Below are positions 48,696 through 60,890 of a stretch of DNA of 64,000 bases, piece by piece (position 1 is the first letter of the stretch; each line of letters opens with the position of its first letter). Both the position numbers and the translations under genes were made by a program. The stretch is from Macrostomum lignano (taxonomy: Eukaryota), in assembly GCA_002269645.1 (NCBI GenBank), contig NIVC01000212.1, forward strand, positions 248,001 to 312,000, in the 5' to 3' direction. The notes under the pieces are model-generated. The model saw only the letters and a list, made by a program, of their open reading frames with translations. It had not been told where the DNA came from and searched no databases.

Positions 48696-49826
48696 TCACA
48701 GATAAGTAGACAAGGAAGCAGTGTTATTGTCAGACACTGGCAAAACGTCACTGCAAGAAGTACAACGCGGAGGATCACTGCTGTTGATGGCACCCCTGCC
48801 AAATCCAGTTCTAATCGAATTGATTCTTTTGCAAGTGTTGCAGACTCGACCAACACAACCGGGTTTTGGTCGATAATCACTCGATAGAGTCATTGTTTTC
48901 GACAGTGCCATACCAGAGCCGCGACCGAATGAAAATGTTTTGTTGGCACTAGCGGTAACACCGGTACTACTGGTAACACCGGGATTATACTGGTGGTTGG
49001 AATCTGCTGTCAGTGTTGATTGACACCGACTAGGCGATTGAATAATTGATAGCTCGGCTGCCACCAAGTCAATTAGCAACAATTGCAGCTCTTGCAGTCG
49101 ATGCTGACTATCGTCGGGACGTTTTCGAAGATGAAACTCGCTGCCATCGTCCATGAGTGAGTAGCCCATTGCTTCAAGCAGTCTGCTGTAGCCGGGCAAT
49201 TTGAACAGACTGTGCACAGCGAATCCGCTGTAGCAACTAATCGAATTCAACTGTGTCTTCCAAGGGAACAACAGTAGGTTTGCTAGCATGCGCTGAAGGC
49301 ATTGTATTGTTGAAATGGCGCAATAGCGATCATCAGTCAGGTTGCTGTTTTTAATCTGCAGATTTTTATGAGGAGGTTGGGGCTAGTATACATACTGTGG
49401 AAGTATGGGTCTGAATACATTTATGCACATCTGTGCTCTGATATGAACGAAATGAACATAGCTATCTTCTTGCCTACTTTCTGGCTGGGTGTTTGAATTT
49501 CGTGTTGGTTACTAAAGACTTATTAATTAATAGCCCAATATAATAAGTTTGATTCTAAAGGTAAATTTAATGTATTTGCAAGCATCCAATGCTACCACTA
49601 AAGTAACCTGTGTGAAAATTAAAAAAAGAAAACTCACATGTTGAACAGTTTTTGTTACATCAATGTTGCACAAAACTGGCAAGCCATCAAATTTATATAT
49701 TAATATACAGTTAGTAGCTTCACTGTGAAATGAGCTAATACTGCAAGGCCAATACTGTTGCTGGTTCTTTTGCTGATCATTTAGCCACTGAATTCGTTTT
49801 TGCTTTACATTAGAAGCTGAAGACAT
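48696..49826 (-). CDS. SPATA2/tamozhennic-type PUB-domain protein with a C-terminal CxxC...CxxC zinc-finger-like motif, 2 exons, ~282 aa
   Basis: Exon 1 is 49826-49638 (…KTVQH|gtgagt) and exon 2 is 49355-48696 (ctgcag|IKNSNL…), phase 0. NLLLFPWKTQLNSISCYSGF…LLEAMGY matches the SPATA2-family PUB signature. The C-terminus has VCNTCKRIN…CTSC. Confidence 0.75.
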
Positions 49827-50050
49827 TGGCTCAGGAATTGATAATTTACATGTATATTATTAAAATGGAAAATCAAAAAAAATCATTTTATTTGGCACTA
49901 GATTCAATATCAAACAAGTAAGAAATTTGTAATAAAAAGATTAAAAGGGAAATAGAAAAATAAAATTTAGCATTAAAACAATGATATATAAATTTCTATA
50001 TATTCTAGAATCTATCTAGGAGCTTAGTTCCTAACCTAAGACCTTAATCA

Positions 50051-50316
50051 CAGGGGCGTAGCGAGAGGGGTATCGGTATATCGGCCAATACCCCCAAATT
50101 TCCAAAGCAACATTTTTTTCCTTTTTTCAGTTGCAATTGTGACCGTTAAGGAAGAGAAAGGTATCCAAATCGAAAGAATAACAATTAACAAACAAATAGA
50201 GTAATTATATGTATTATGCACTAGAAATACATTAAGGGGATATGTGGATCTCAAGCCCTTGCTTTCTGATAACAGCTAACCGATAACCCCCAAAAAAAAT
50301 CCTGGCTACGCCCCTG
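50051..50316. mobile_element. hAT-type MITE with a perfect 8-bp target-site duplication
   Basis: TIR CAGGGGCGTAGC / GCTACGCCCCTG; TSD cttaatca at 50043-50050 and 50317-50324; no coding capacity. Confidence 0.9.
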
Positions 50317-53300
50317 CTTAATCAATGGTGAAACAATAAAATCAATAATGGGAAAGAAGGCAGATCTATAAAGAATAAATCTAATATAAATAAAGATAGA
50401 GTTAATTTATGCCTATAAACCTTACAGGCCTATTAGGCTATATTTTTTCACAAAAAAATCTTTTTGCTAGAATTTTATTAATATAAATAAATTAATAATG
50501 TTTAATATTTATTAGGCCTAAGCTAAAGTAAAAATTGATAAAATTGATAACTGATATAGACAGATAGGCCTATATATTAAATTTTTTCTTTTTAGCTTAT
50601 TAAGCTAATACTACTTTATTAAAAATAAGTGCTTTTAAAGGCTAATTGGTTTGTAAACTACCATTTGGTTAAACAAAAAATTCTCAAGAGATCTTTGATT
50701 GTTTGACAAAATATCTTATAGAAGTATAGTCTAGAACTTGACAATCTTTATGAATATATTAATACCCAAGGTATATGAACTTTTCATTTGGCTTTAGTAT
50801 TATGTCTAATATTACAGGATATATATAGCCAAGCCAAGGTTGCCAAGCCATTTTTTAATAAAATTCCATTTTGGCAAACTGGCTTATGCAAAAGCAAAAC
50901 CTTTTTCTTTTTAAACTTTTTTATGGTCAAATAGACCATTTAAAATATAAAATTAGTAAATAAGCTTCTTTATCAATATTCTCCTTACAAAAAATTCAAT
51001 TTAGATGGATGTATCATCCATTGTGATAGGTAGCCTATATACACTATTATTAAATATTCTAGTAATAAGTCTTATTAAATTATTTTAGGCCTATTAATAC
51101 TCTCTCATTAGACATTAGCAATTTGCGGTATGCGGAAATACCCATGTTGGTGTAATTTGAACTACAAGCTAGGCCGATGAATTCAGAAATTGCGATGCAG
51201 TTTGTGCGCACTGGCACGGAATATAGTAAGTGTCAAATAAATCCAAACGGTTTGATTGGTGTTATAGACTAACTGTAAATGGTGGCTTTATTCAAACGAT
51301 TAAAATATGTTTAACTGTTGTATTGAGTTATCTGTTCAAAGCTGCACGATATTAAATGGCGCCGATTTAAATATCGTATAAATAAAAGCCGGCGGGTCGT
51401 TCTCAAAATCAGGAATTACGCGATAAAACAAGAAAAAAAATTTTCGACCCTGAACCAGCCCTTCATGCAAAACAAGCAACAAAGTAAACGTAGCTGTTGA
51501 AAGAAAAGTACTTTATTTAACATTCGAAACAGTGAAATTGGTACGGTTGTCAAAGCAACTGACTACTGAGTCATTTTACCAATTTAATATTTCCATTTCT
51601 TCGGTGTAACGCTAAGACGGTGTCATGTTTTGTGAAAAAATTCAATGGGAAAGAAACATCAGAAATAAACAATTTTGCACAGGAAGGAAGAAAAGAACAT
51701 TAGAATTTGCTTCTTATTAAAGAATGACTGCTTAGTGATTTGTTCCTTGACTTAAACACAGTCTTTCATCACTTAAACGCATCACTGTTCTAGTTACTAG
51801 CAGTTGAATTGTACAAATATATTGCTAGTTTTATAGGTGAAAGCAATGCATATGGCGTCTTTTGGCGTTTTTTTGTGCCTTATAATGTGATCTTTGTATT
51901 TGTGATGTTTTTATATGGATTAGTGCACCACAGTTGTTGCAATATTTTTTTATACAATTAATTGCTACTAAGACAGGCACAAGCCAATAAACGTTGGGAC
52001 CACAGTTTTGCAACACTGGAATAAGATAATGACCAAAAAAGGAGTAGAGTGGAGAACTGGGTGTCTTACAGGAGCATTTTTTTGCTTTTTTAAATACATT
52101 GCCTCTGAGCCCCACAATTAAGCAAAGCATCTGAAAAACATGCACTTTTGCAGATGTCAAAACGTTGGGACTGCCATCATGGGTCACTGAAAGAACTGAT
52201 TGGGCTGAATTTTTTGGAGAGTGTTAGACTAGGTGTTGTGTAAGAGCATTAATTTTTAAAAAGAAAATATTGCATATAAGCCACACCAAATATATTAACA
52301 ATTTAGAAACCAGGCAATACATACTAAACTGTAATTTATGAGTAAGGGATTCAGTAGCATTTTAAACTTGAAATTAAAATTGATGTTTTAAATTAGATAT
52401 TAGATCTCAATGACTGAAAGAATATGAATCAAGTGGCTTTACTCGTAGAAATTGGTCCATCAAAAAAAGTTATGGCCATTTGGAAAATTTTACTTTGAAA
52501 TGTACAGTTTCTTGCAAAAAATCCTGAATTTAGAGTCAAACATAGATAATTCTACAGAATATCAGGCTGCATTCATATGTACCATATATTAAGATGTTCA
52601 AACTCCAATATTCCATGCATATTTACAATGCAACAAAGCTTTTTGCAATCATATTTCATTTCTGTGCTTGATTTGTTTTGTCTCTTCTTTCCAGTTTTTG
52701 CATCTTCTTGCACTTTTTGAGACTATACACAATGCACACGAATTTTCTCAGCTCTTTATATGCCATGTGTGCTATATTTAAACTGCCTTTGTAATTTCAT
52801 ACTTACTATAAAGCTTCTCTATTATACACTCATGCTATAATTTTTGCTGTAGATGTATAAATATATTATTTTTCCGTCTGAAGCTGACTTCTGAGTTAAA
52901 ATATGAGTACATATAGATCGTCCTATAGATGTTTGAATCATCCGAAAGGATAATGTGATACATAAACTTTGCAATCATTTTTGTAACCACAGATATGAAT
53001 TAGCGCCTAGCGGGATACTAAATTTCGCGCATAAATGCACATATCAGTCGTTCACGCAAAGAAATGTAGCTAACAATTTTCAGATAATGTTTTGAATTAT
53101 TATATTTGCGTTTTCCAACTCAATGCGCATTGTAATTAGTTTTTAAATAGCAAGAAAATGTCCCGAACAAAGCAATGTAATACTTGAGTTAGTACCAGCT
53201 GATGCGCGACGCACAAATTGTTCAAAGTTAAACGAATGCGTATCATAGGTATACAGTCATATTATAACAAAATATGTTCATTTAAGGGTTCGGCGCTGCG

Positions 53301-53638
53301 TAAACAGAAGATTAATTAAATTAAATGATCTATTTTAAAATGATAAATTACTCTATAGAATTTGACGATGATATGCTGGTGTATTTCTAGTTTTCGTGTA
53401 ATAAAATAATTCCGATAATAATATTTAAACAAAGCGGCATTCCATGCTGTCCTGACATTTTGTTGTGGTTTACGACACAAAATACGTTTGTTGCATCTTA
53501 GGTAAAGATTGCGTCACGAATTTTTAAAGAAAAAAAACGGAAGCATAAGCAGTGCCTGATTTTGAGAACGACCCCGGCCCTGCAGCGCGCAATCATATGG
53601 GCAATGAGACACTCAAATAAATTAAATTTTGTGTACAG

Positions 53639-53986
53639 ATACATGTAGAGACGATATGCAAAATGCAACTACTTAAAATAGAGAAAAACAGAACTGTGCT
53701 TGATATTATCAGAGCCATGGTTGAGTTTGATCAAGGCAACGATACTACCGACCGTCTTTTATCACAACCGGGTCCAACAACAGCAACTGTGACTGATATT
53801 AGGCGAGATTCGAATCCTCAATATGTTCGAACGTATTCAGTAGCTGATATTGCGATTGTTGCAGCTATTTTTATTGTTGTAGTTCTGTCGTTAGCTGTCG
53901 TATTCGTCCTGCGACGACGCCAAAACTGCGGCTCAGGCTCAGTCTGCATCTGTACACAGCGAGAAGATTCCGATGTGCAACTTTAG
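53639..53986 (+). CDS. Terminal exon of a single-pass membrane protein (upstream exons not found)
   Basis: Acceptor tacag at 53634-53638 is in frame with the 53663-53986 ORF. There is a Thr/Pro stalk, a clean TM (IAIVAAIFIVVVLSLAVVFVL), an RRR stop-transfer and a short Cys-containing tail. Confidence 0.6.
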   Translation: MHVETICKMQLLKIEKNRTVLDIIRAMVEFDQGNDTTDRLLSQPGPTTATVTDIRRDSNPQYVRTYSVADIAIVAAIFIVVVLSLAVVFVLRRRQNCGSGSVCICTQREDSDVQL

Positions 53987-56042
53987 TCGGCATATAGAAC
54001 AGCTCTACTGACTCTTGTCTCGCAACATTTTCTCAGCTAAAAAGCAGTTGTGTGAGTATATTCTGCTGATCAACACAAGAAATTTCGATCTACACATCTA
54101 TTAGATCTACATCGATTGGTTTTTAATACACGTAATATTGATGAATCTAGACACTTAATTAATATGTTTTTCTATACATTTTATATATTTTCACAAAAAA
54201 ACTGCCTGGCAAACACCGGTAAATTTACTGCAAATACATTTTAGGTGTATTTGAGCTTCCCATTATTTACGCTGCTTTCTTTAATAGTTTGCACTTTTTA
54301 TATAATTTCTACTTATTAAACATTTTTTCCATTTATAACATCTATGTACAACCTTACATCCGGCTCATATCCGGCTTTTGCTTTTCGAGTTTTTATAAAT
54401 AGTTCTAGTATGTGCAGTGCACGTATTATATATTTTGAATTATGCTATTCAAATACACGAGTTGATTAAAATGTATAGTTAATGGAGTTTTTTCATTTCA
54501 GTGGATAAACATACTAACTATAACTATTTCAGTTTAACGAATGCGGTTTAATATGATATGTGACTTATATGTAACACAGCTTTCAGGTCAGAGAGATACT
54601 ATAGCTGTATCAATATGCTCGAATACCAACCGTTGCACGTGCGAATGTGATTTTACCTGAACCATTAAGAATACTATAGATTGTTAGGATCGGATCGTGG
54701 GCCATGCATGAACGCAGCCTAGACCCAGGGATTGTACCTACATGTATAACTTCTTCGTACTAACTATATGCATGCAGCCTGGTGTGGGGGACAACGCACT
54801 CCGCAGTCATATCTCGGTCAAACTGTACTTACTGCGCGGTCAATGCGCGCACAAGTCTGGCTGCGTATTCGGGGTAAAAAATCTCGAATTTTGCGAATCC
54901 CAGTATGGGATACACATTTTAAATCTTTCCTAACAGGCTACCCCGATTATGATATAGTGTAATATCTTTTTGCAAATAAGCTATACAAAAATGCATCTGC
55001 TTTCTGTACGTCATGCACTAGCGTTGCAAATTTGGTTCACGGGGGGATTGCTACGATATCACAGGCTCATGTTGGGGGGGGGGGGCGTTACGATCAGATG
55101 TTAAAAGGGTCAATTGAGAGTTTTTGGTACAGGCCCACGCATCAAAGCTGGGAGAGTTAGGGTTGAGCCAGTTTGACTTAAAGGAGCTGGCCATGATGCA
55201 AAAGCTCACAGGGAGATGCTGCAGATAAATTATGCTAGAATATACCGTGGCTTTTAGGGCTGTATGCTGCTTTATTTTAGCTTTAAACATCATTTTCTTC
55301 AAGAAACTAACAATAGGAACTGTGCAGATCGGGTCAAAACAGCGCGCTACTACATATGTAGGTAGGCTTTATTCAAAAAATTATTCCTTTTTTAGTTGCT
55401 TCACCGTTGGGAGTGGATTGCTAGTCAAGTTCTCAAAGGGGATAAAAAGTACTGCCGGTCAGATGGGTTCCGAATCTCAAATACTGGGATTGAGAGACAT
55501 CCACCCTGAACTGCGACTGAAACGTGTTGGGATTGTGTTCGGCCAATGCTGGGGAGCAGTTGGGAATAAATTGCTCAAAAAGCAGCCCCCCACGCCACCG
55601 AGGCATGGCAGGACAGTAGTGCAAGCAACTCAAACACACAGACAAATTTTATTATTCATTTGTAGCCAGGACTTTAAATGCAAAATTAATCCAGAACCGA
55701 TCATGTGATCCATCAACAAGGGAGTTAATATTCTTCAGTGCAACTTACCGTTTCAATTAAAGCTATGAAACTTCTGAAACTTTTCTCGGATTAAAGGCAA
55801 AGGTTTTTTACAACTTACATGCCTTATAGCGCATGTATCAGATAGACTGGATTTGTACGCTCGAAAAGTACAGCTGCAAAGATTAATAGAAACAAATGGA
55901 CTGGATGTAACTCGATTTGATTCTGGGAAAATACGCTGACTTTTGTACATGTACTTATGCAGAGGAAAAGTTCTTCTCAATACGAAATCATGACGTTGCA
56001 TTGTACACAGATACACATCGTACGCAATAAATAATTTTTGGG

Positions 56043-56754
56043 ACCAAGGGGCGCCAGCACCAAGGGGCGCCAGCACCAAGGGGCGCCAGCACCAAGGGGC
56101 GCCAGCACCAAGAGGCGCCAGCACCAAGGGGCGCCAGCACCAAGGGGCGCCAGCACCAAGGGGCGCCAGCACCAAGGGGCGCCAGCACCAAGGGGCGCCA
56201 GCACCAAAAGGGCGCCAGCACCAACGGGCGCCAGCACCAAGGGGCGCCAGCACCAAGAGGCGCCAGCACCAAGGGGCGCCAGCACCAAGGGGCGCCAGCA
56301 CCAAGGGGCGCCAGCACCAAGGGGCGCCAGCACCAAGGGGCGCCAGCACCAAGGGGCGCCAGCACCAAGGGGCGCCAGCACCAAGGGGCGCCAGCACCAA
56401 AAGGGCGCCAGCACCAAGGGGCGCCAGCACCAAGGGGCGCCAGCACCAAAAGGGCGCCAGCACCAACGGGCGCCAGCACCAAGGGGCGCCAGCACCAAGA
56501 GGCGCCAGCACCAAGGGGCGCCAGCACCAAGGGGCGCCAGCACCAAGGGGCGCCAGCACCAAGGGGCGCCAGCACCAAGGGGCGCCAGCACCAAGGGGCG
56601 CCAGCACCAAAAGGGCGCCAGCACCAACGGGCGCCAGCACCAAGGGGCGCCAGCACCAAAAGGGCGCCAGCACCAAGGGACGCCAGCACCAAAAGGGCGC
56701 CAGCACCAACGGGCGCCAGCACCAACGGGCGCCAGCACCAAGGGGCGCCAGCAA
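56043..56754. repeat. GC-rich minisatellite, 16-17-bp unit (accaaggggcgccagc)
   Basis: About 44 units. Confidence 0.95.
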
Positions 56755-57474
56755 CAGTTTTCGCTGCACCCTTCGGCTACATGTACCAGTATTCATGTAA
56801 AATAATCCTTCAAATGCGGCTCTTATCTATATTAACTGCACGCATGGAGATAAAAATCTGAAATGCCCCCAGACCGTGCAGCAAACTAAAATGCATATAT
56901 AAAAACCGCAGCAATTTATAGAGATGTACTTTTCCATTGCAAGACTTTACGGGAAATGTAATTTATGGGACGTGCACAGATGATGCAAGCTAGCTATAGT
57001 CTTCTGTATCCACTGACTTTATTTGCCATTTTAAATGTTGATATGCTGTACGGCCCCTTAGTACATGTAGGTTAGGATCTTATGCAGTCATTTTGTATCG
57101 ACAACATAGTCGTGGATAAAAGCATAAAAGCTGACAGCGTTCATAGTTTGACAGGATGTTTTAATTGCTATTTTAATTTAGTAAATAAAGATCTTAGAGA
57201 TTTAGAATTTTGTGATGTGAAAACGAGTGATCTTTGCTTATTGTTTACCGATAGTACCATATGAATAAGCTTATTGTTACTATCGTTTACATGTAGCATA
57301 CTCGACTAGAAGCATTGTTTAACGTTGAAGCGTTGTTTATGAATTCCAAGGACTGGGGGGGGGGTCGCCACACACCCTCAATTACCCCAGCTGGCACCCA
57401 TTTTACAGCTTGCGTGAACTAAAGCAATGAAGAGTTAATTATTTGTTTTGCTCAAGGACAAAAATTGTTCCAGT

Positions 57475-57550
57475 AGGATCCGGAATCGAATCCCCGACCT
57501 TTAAGTTGTGAGTCCTAGGTACGCTCTAACCAGTAGGCTAAAACGCCCTA
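57475..57550 (-). mobile_element. tRNA-derived SINE head / tRNA pseudogene
   Basis: The minus strand reads TAGCCTACTGGTTAGAGCGT...GACTCACAACTTAAAGGTCGGGGATTCGATTCCGG. A and B boxes are present, but the stems do not pair as in a functional tRNA. Confidence 0.55.
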
Positions 57551-57971
57551 CTATACAAATAATAAAGATATCAATTACACTTGTAGTGGGCTATAGCAAT
57601 GAATCAGTGCTGCAGTGCACACACTACGCTGTATTTTGATACATCAATAACGTTTAAACTACAGAAAACAAACCGCATGCACCCTAGCTAGCCCGGCCCC
57701 GTTGTGTGCTTGTCTCATGCCAAAAGCAGCAAAGATTGCAACAGAATTTATTTCCCACAAAAAGTTGTACCGAATAAGGAAGCACACGAACGCATGCTGT
57801 AGCCAATCTATGTAGTAAATGGAAATATTCAAACGACTATTCTTACTTGAATTCTTGCTTGTCTCGACCATAACAAGCAGCTATACCGGTATACTGTTGC
57901 AGTCGCGCAGTGAGATGCCGGTAGCCCTTAGGTAGGTGGACTTTATGCATGGTGAGGGGACAAAAGAGACG

Positions 57972-58600
57972 CGGGCAGACACTCATTTTGGCACCGCAGG
58001 CAGACACTCATTTTGGCACCGCAGGCAGACACTCATTTGGCACCGCAGGCAGACACTCATTTGGCACCGCAGGCAGACACTCATTTTGGCACCGCAGGCA
58101 GACACTCATTTTGGCACCGCAGGCAGACACTCATTTGGCACCGCAGGCAGACACTCATTTTGGCACCGCAGGCAGACACTCATTTTGGCACCGCAGGCAG
58201 ACACTCATTTTGGCACCGCAGGCAGACACTCATTTGGCACCGCAGGCAGACACTCATTTGGCACCGCAGGCAGACACTCATTTTGGCACCGCAGGCAGAC
58301 ACTCATTTTGGCACCGCAGGCAGACACTCATTTTGGCACCGCGGGCAGACACTCATTTTGGCACCGCGGGCAGACACTCATTTGGCACCGCAGGCAGACA
58401 CTCATTTGGCACCGCAGGCAGACACTCATTTGGCACCGCAGGCAGACACTCATTTGGCACCGCAGGCAGACACTCATTTGGCACCGCAGGCAGACACTCA
58501 TTTGGCACCGCAGGCAGACACTCATTTTGGCACCGCAGGCAGACACTCATTTGGCACCGCGGGCAGACATTCATTTGCGCACCGCAGACACTCTCATTTC
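57972..58600. repeat. Minisatellite, 24-25-bp unit (gcaggcagacactcattttggcacc)
   Basis: About 25 units, followed by a MITE-like 3' end (GCGACGCCCCTG, 58743-58754). Confidence 0.95.
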
Positions 58601-58796
58601 GGCGCCGCAAGCGCTATATTTTGTGGCCCTGAAGCAAAACTATTGATTCACACAATGCGTCACAAGGTGGGATGGGGGGAAAAAGCATTGGGATGTCCCC
58701 CTCTAGCTTTACAGGGGGACATGCCCCCATTTCCCTTGAGTGGCGACGCCCCTGGAGCGAGCTATCAAAGGATTTTTGGGCCTGAAAACGGGAAAA

Positions 58797-59050
58797 GTTC
58801 GGGCCGAGGTAGGTGAGCTTGTACTGAGTAAAGACGGGGCATTCACAGATGAAGTGCTCCGTATAAACACCGGTGAGGCAGATCATGGCGCATTCCTTAC
58901 TGCGGATTTTTCCTTAGAGGTAGCAAAAACAGTATAGCAAAGCAGCCGTGACTTGAGAGGGTCATTGTCGCTAACCCCGATGTCCCTGGCGGTTGAGTTC
59001 AAGCAGAAGCCTGTGGAGGGACAGTCCCGCGGGGCTGCCACCAGCAGGTT
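58797..59050 (-). mobile_element. Degenerate 3' fragment of a non-LTR retrotransposon ORF2
   Basis: Minus-strand …KECAMICLTGVYTEHFICECPVFTQYKLTYLG resembles the LLTGH…ETxEHxLCECP…R…LG C-terminal motif of RNase H-bearing LINEs, with the middle missing. Confidence 0.5.
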
Positions 59051-59888
59051 AATTAGATCTTGGTGAGAAATAAATCTATAATTATGCCGCATATTTAGTT
59101 TTTTAAAAATAAAAATTCATCGCATGAGCTGTTGCTATAGCTACTAATAAGTAGCGAGTGAGGATTATGCAGGCAAAATTTTTTAGTAGAATTTTTTTTC
59201 TTATAGTCAGATCGGCTTCCACTACGCATTTACACGTGGTTATCTACATAGATTCTGTATATTAATGGATTGGATGGTTCCTTTTTTCGAACTAATATTG
59301 TATGATTGACAGCTACGTTAAGCTTTGAGTGTGTTTTGATGAGTACATCAGTCTTGAGTTCAGATCATCGATGATCTCTAGTTGCACTTAGAAAATACAT
59401 TACATGTATATGATGAGATGCACTACTACTACTTAAAACCTCAATAGTAGTATCCAAGTTCAGCCAGTGATAAGCAACTCATTAAGTTTAAAAAAATTAT
59501 ACAGACTCAAGACTTTAATATATAGCATATTATTGCACATGCTGCAGTACTAATACTTATAATTGAAATATAGTAAATTTAAATACACGTTAAATACATC
59601 TCTTTTAGATTATCCGAGCATAACAACCCATCTATGCTCAGCTGCCTTAGATAATGACCCGCGCAAGACTAGGAAGGCACAAGCAGCATATACTGCAGCG
59701 CATGTCTCATAGTTGTCCCAATAAATAGTTCTCAGTAGCTGTGTTGCTATGCCATCAACCTCTTGAGTGTGGGTAATACAGGCACAGTTTTTAAAAAAAA
59801 ACTTTTAATGATGCACTGTATGCAGGGTGCAGTTGAATAGACAGACTGCATGCGGTTAATTGCTATAGCAAAACTATGTGCCAGACAC

Positions 59889-60890
59889 ATGCAAGTATAG
59901 GGACACAGGAACTGACAGTGGCGACTTCAAGGGGGATAGGAGGATAAATAATTGGGTAGAAACTGCCGCCAGCATATTGCCAACCCCAGTCTCGTTAGAG
60001 CCAGAAAAGCAGATTGCAAAATCCAAAACTGCCTGAGCAAAACTTTCAAATTGGAAACTGGAAACTCACTTGTAGCTATCAAAACTGCTGACATTCCTGC
60101 TCGTGCAAGCCTTCGCCATCGCTGACTCCGAGGCCGATACGAAGATTGAAGATTTTCGAATGGACTCAAGCGGGAGCAGCTCCTCGCCAGTGAGCTTTGC
60201 TTCCCACAAGACGAGCAGTAGGATTTACTGCTCTGGACTATGCTCAACAAAACCTGGCTGCTTTGGCATCTGCTGGGTCAACTCTGCTAAAGACTGTCGA
60301 CTTTTCACGGTGTCCGCCTACTTTAACCGCGACTCGTGGACAATGCTCACGACCACGACAGAGCGTTGCGATATTTACGCTTCTATAGTCAGTGAGTGAA
60401 GGAGAGTTCATGCAGATGAATCAGTTTTGAATCAGTAGTCGCCTCGCGGACAGCTCATTAACCATGCTAATAAATTTTAGATTCAACAATTCAACAGCTT
60501 CCATTCACCGGATGCAGCCAAAGTGGAACTTCATCTGGAGGAGTTTGCAGCCGGGCTATCGATGGGGACAAGCGTCAAAATTATTTCAAGGGATCTTGCA
60601 GCCACACAGACCTTACAGTTCCGATTTGGTGGGAGGGCCAGCTGCCTCAGCAGTCCATGGTCGCATTTGTCACCATCTACAACAGGCAGGACTGCTGCGC
60701 AGATCGGCTGAACAACTTCCAGCTGCTGGTTGACGGAGTTGTGTGCTACGACATGAACATCGCCATCCCATTCTCGGTGACCAACCTCAGCTGCTGGCAA
60801 CTTGGCAGTCAAGTTCGAATTCTGAATCGGCAGTTTGCAGCCCTTTGCATCTGTGAAATTGAAGCTTTTGGCTTCTTCTTTTCCGACTGA
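59889..60890 (+). CDS. Secreted PAN/apple-like + F-type lectin (fucolectin) protein, 3 exons, 243 aa
   Basis: Exon 1 59889-59894 (ATG CAA|gtatag), exon 2 60076-60391 (…GTC A|gtgagt) and exon 3 60481-60890 total 732 nt in frame. Signal peptide MQLSKLLTFLLVQAFA; PAN-like CSGLCSTKPGCFGICW…C; FTLD with AIDG and an exact H-X26-R-X-D-X4-R motif (SHT…NRQDCCADR) and LCICEIEAFG. Confidence 0.88.

Noticed and set aside
51831-55708. ORFs 51831-52187, 54742-54962 and 55051-55708 as genes or transposase fragments
   Set aside because: No recognisable domain, no consistent splice structure, and AT-rich composition.
57475-57550. Functional tRNA gene
   Set aside because: Acceptor and anticodon stems do not pair; treated as a SINE head or pseudogene.
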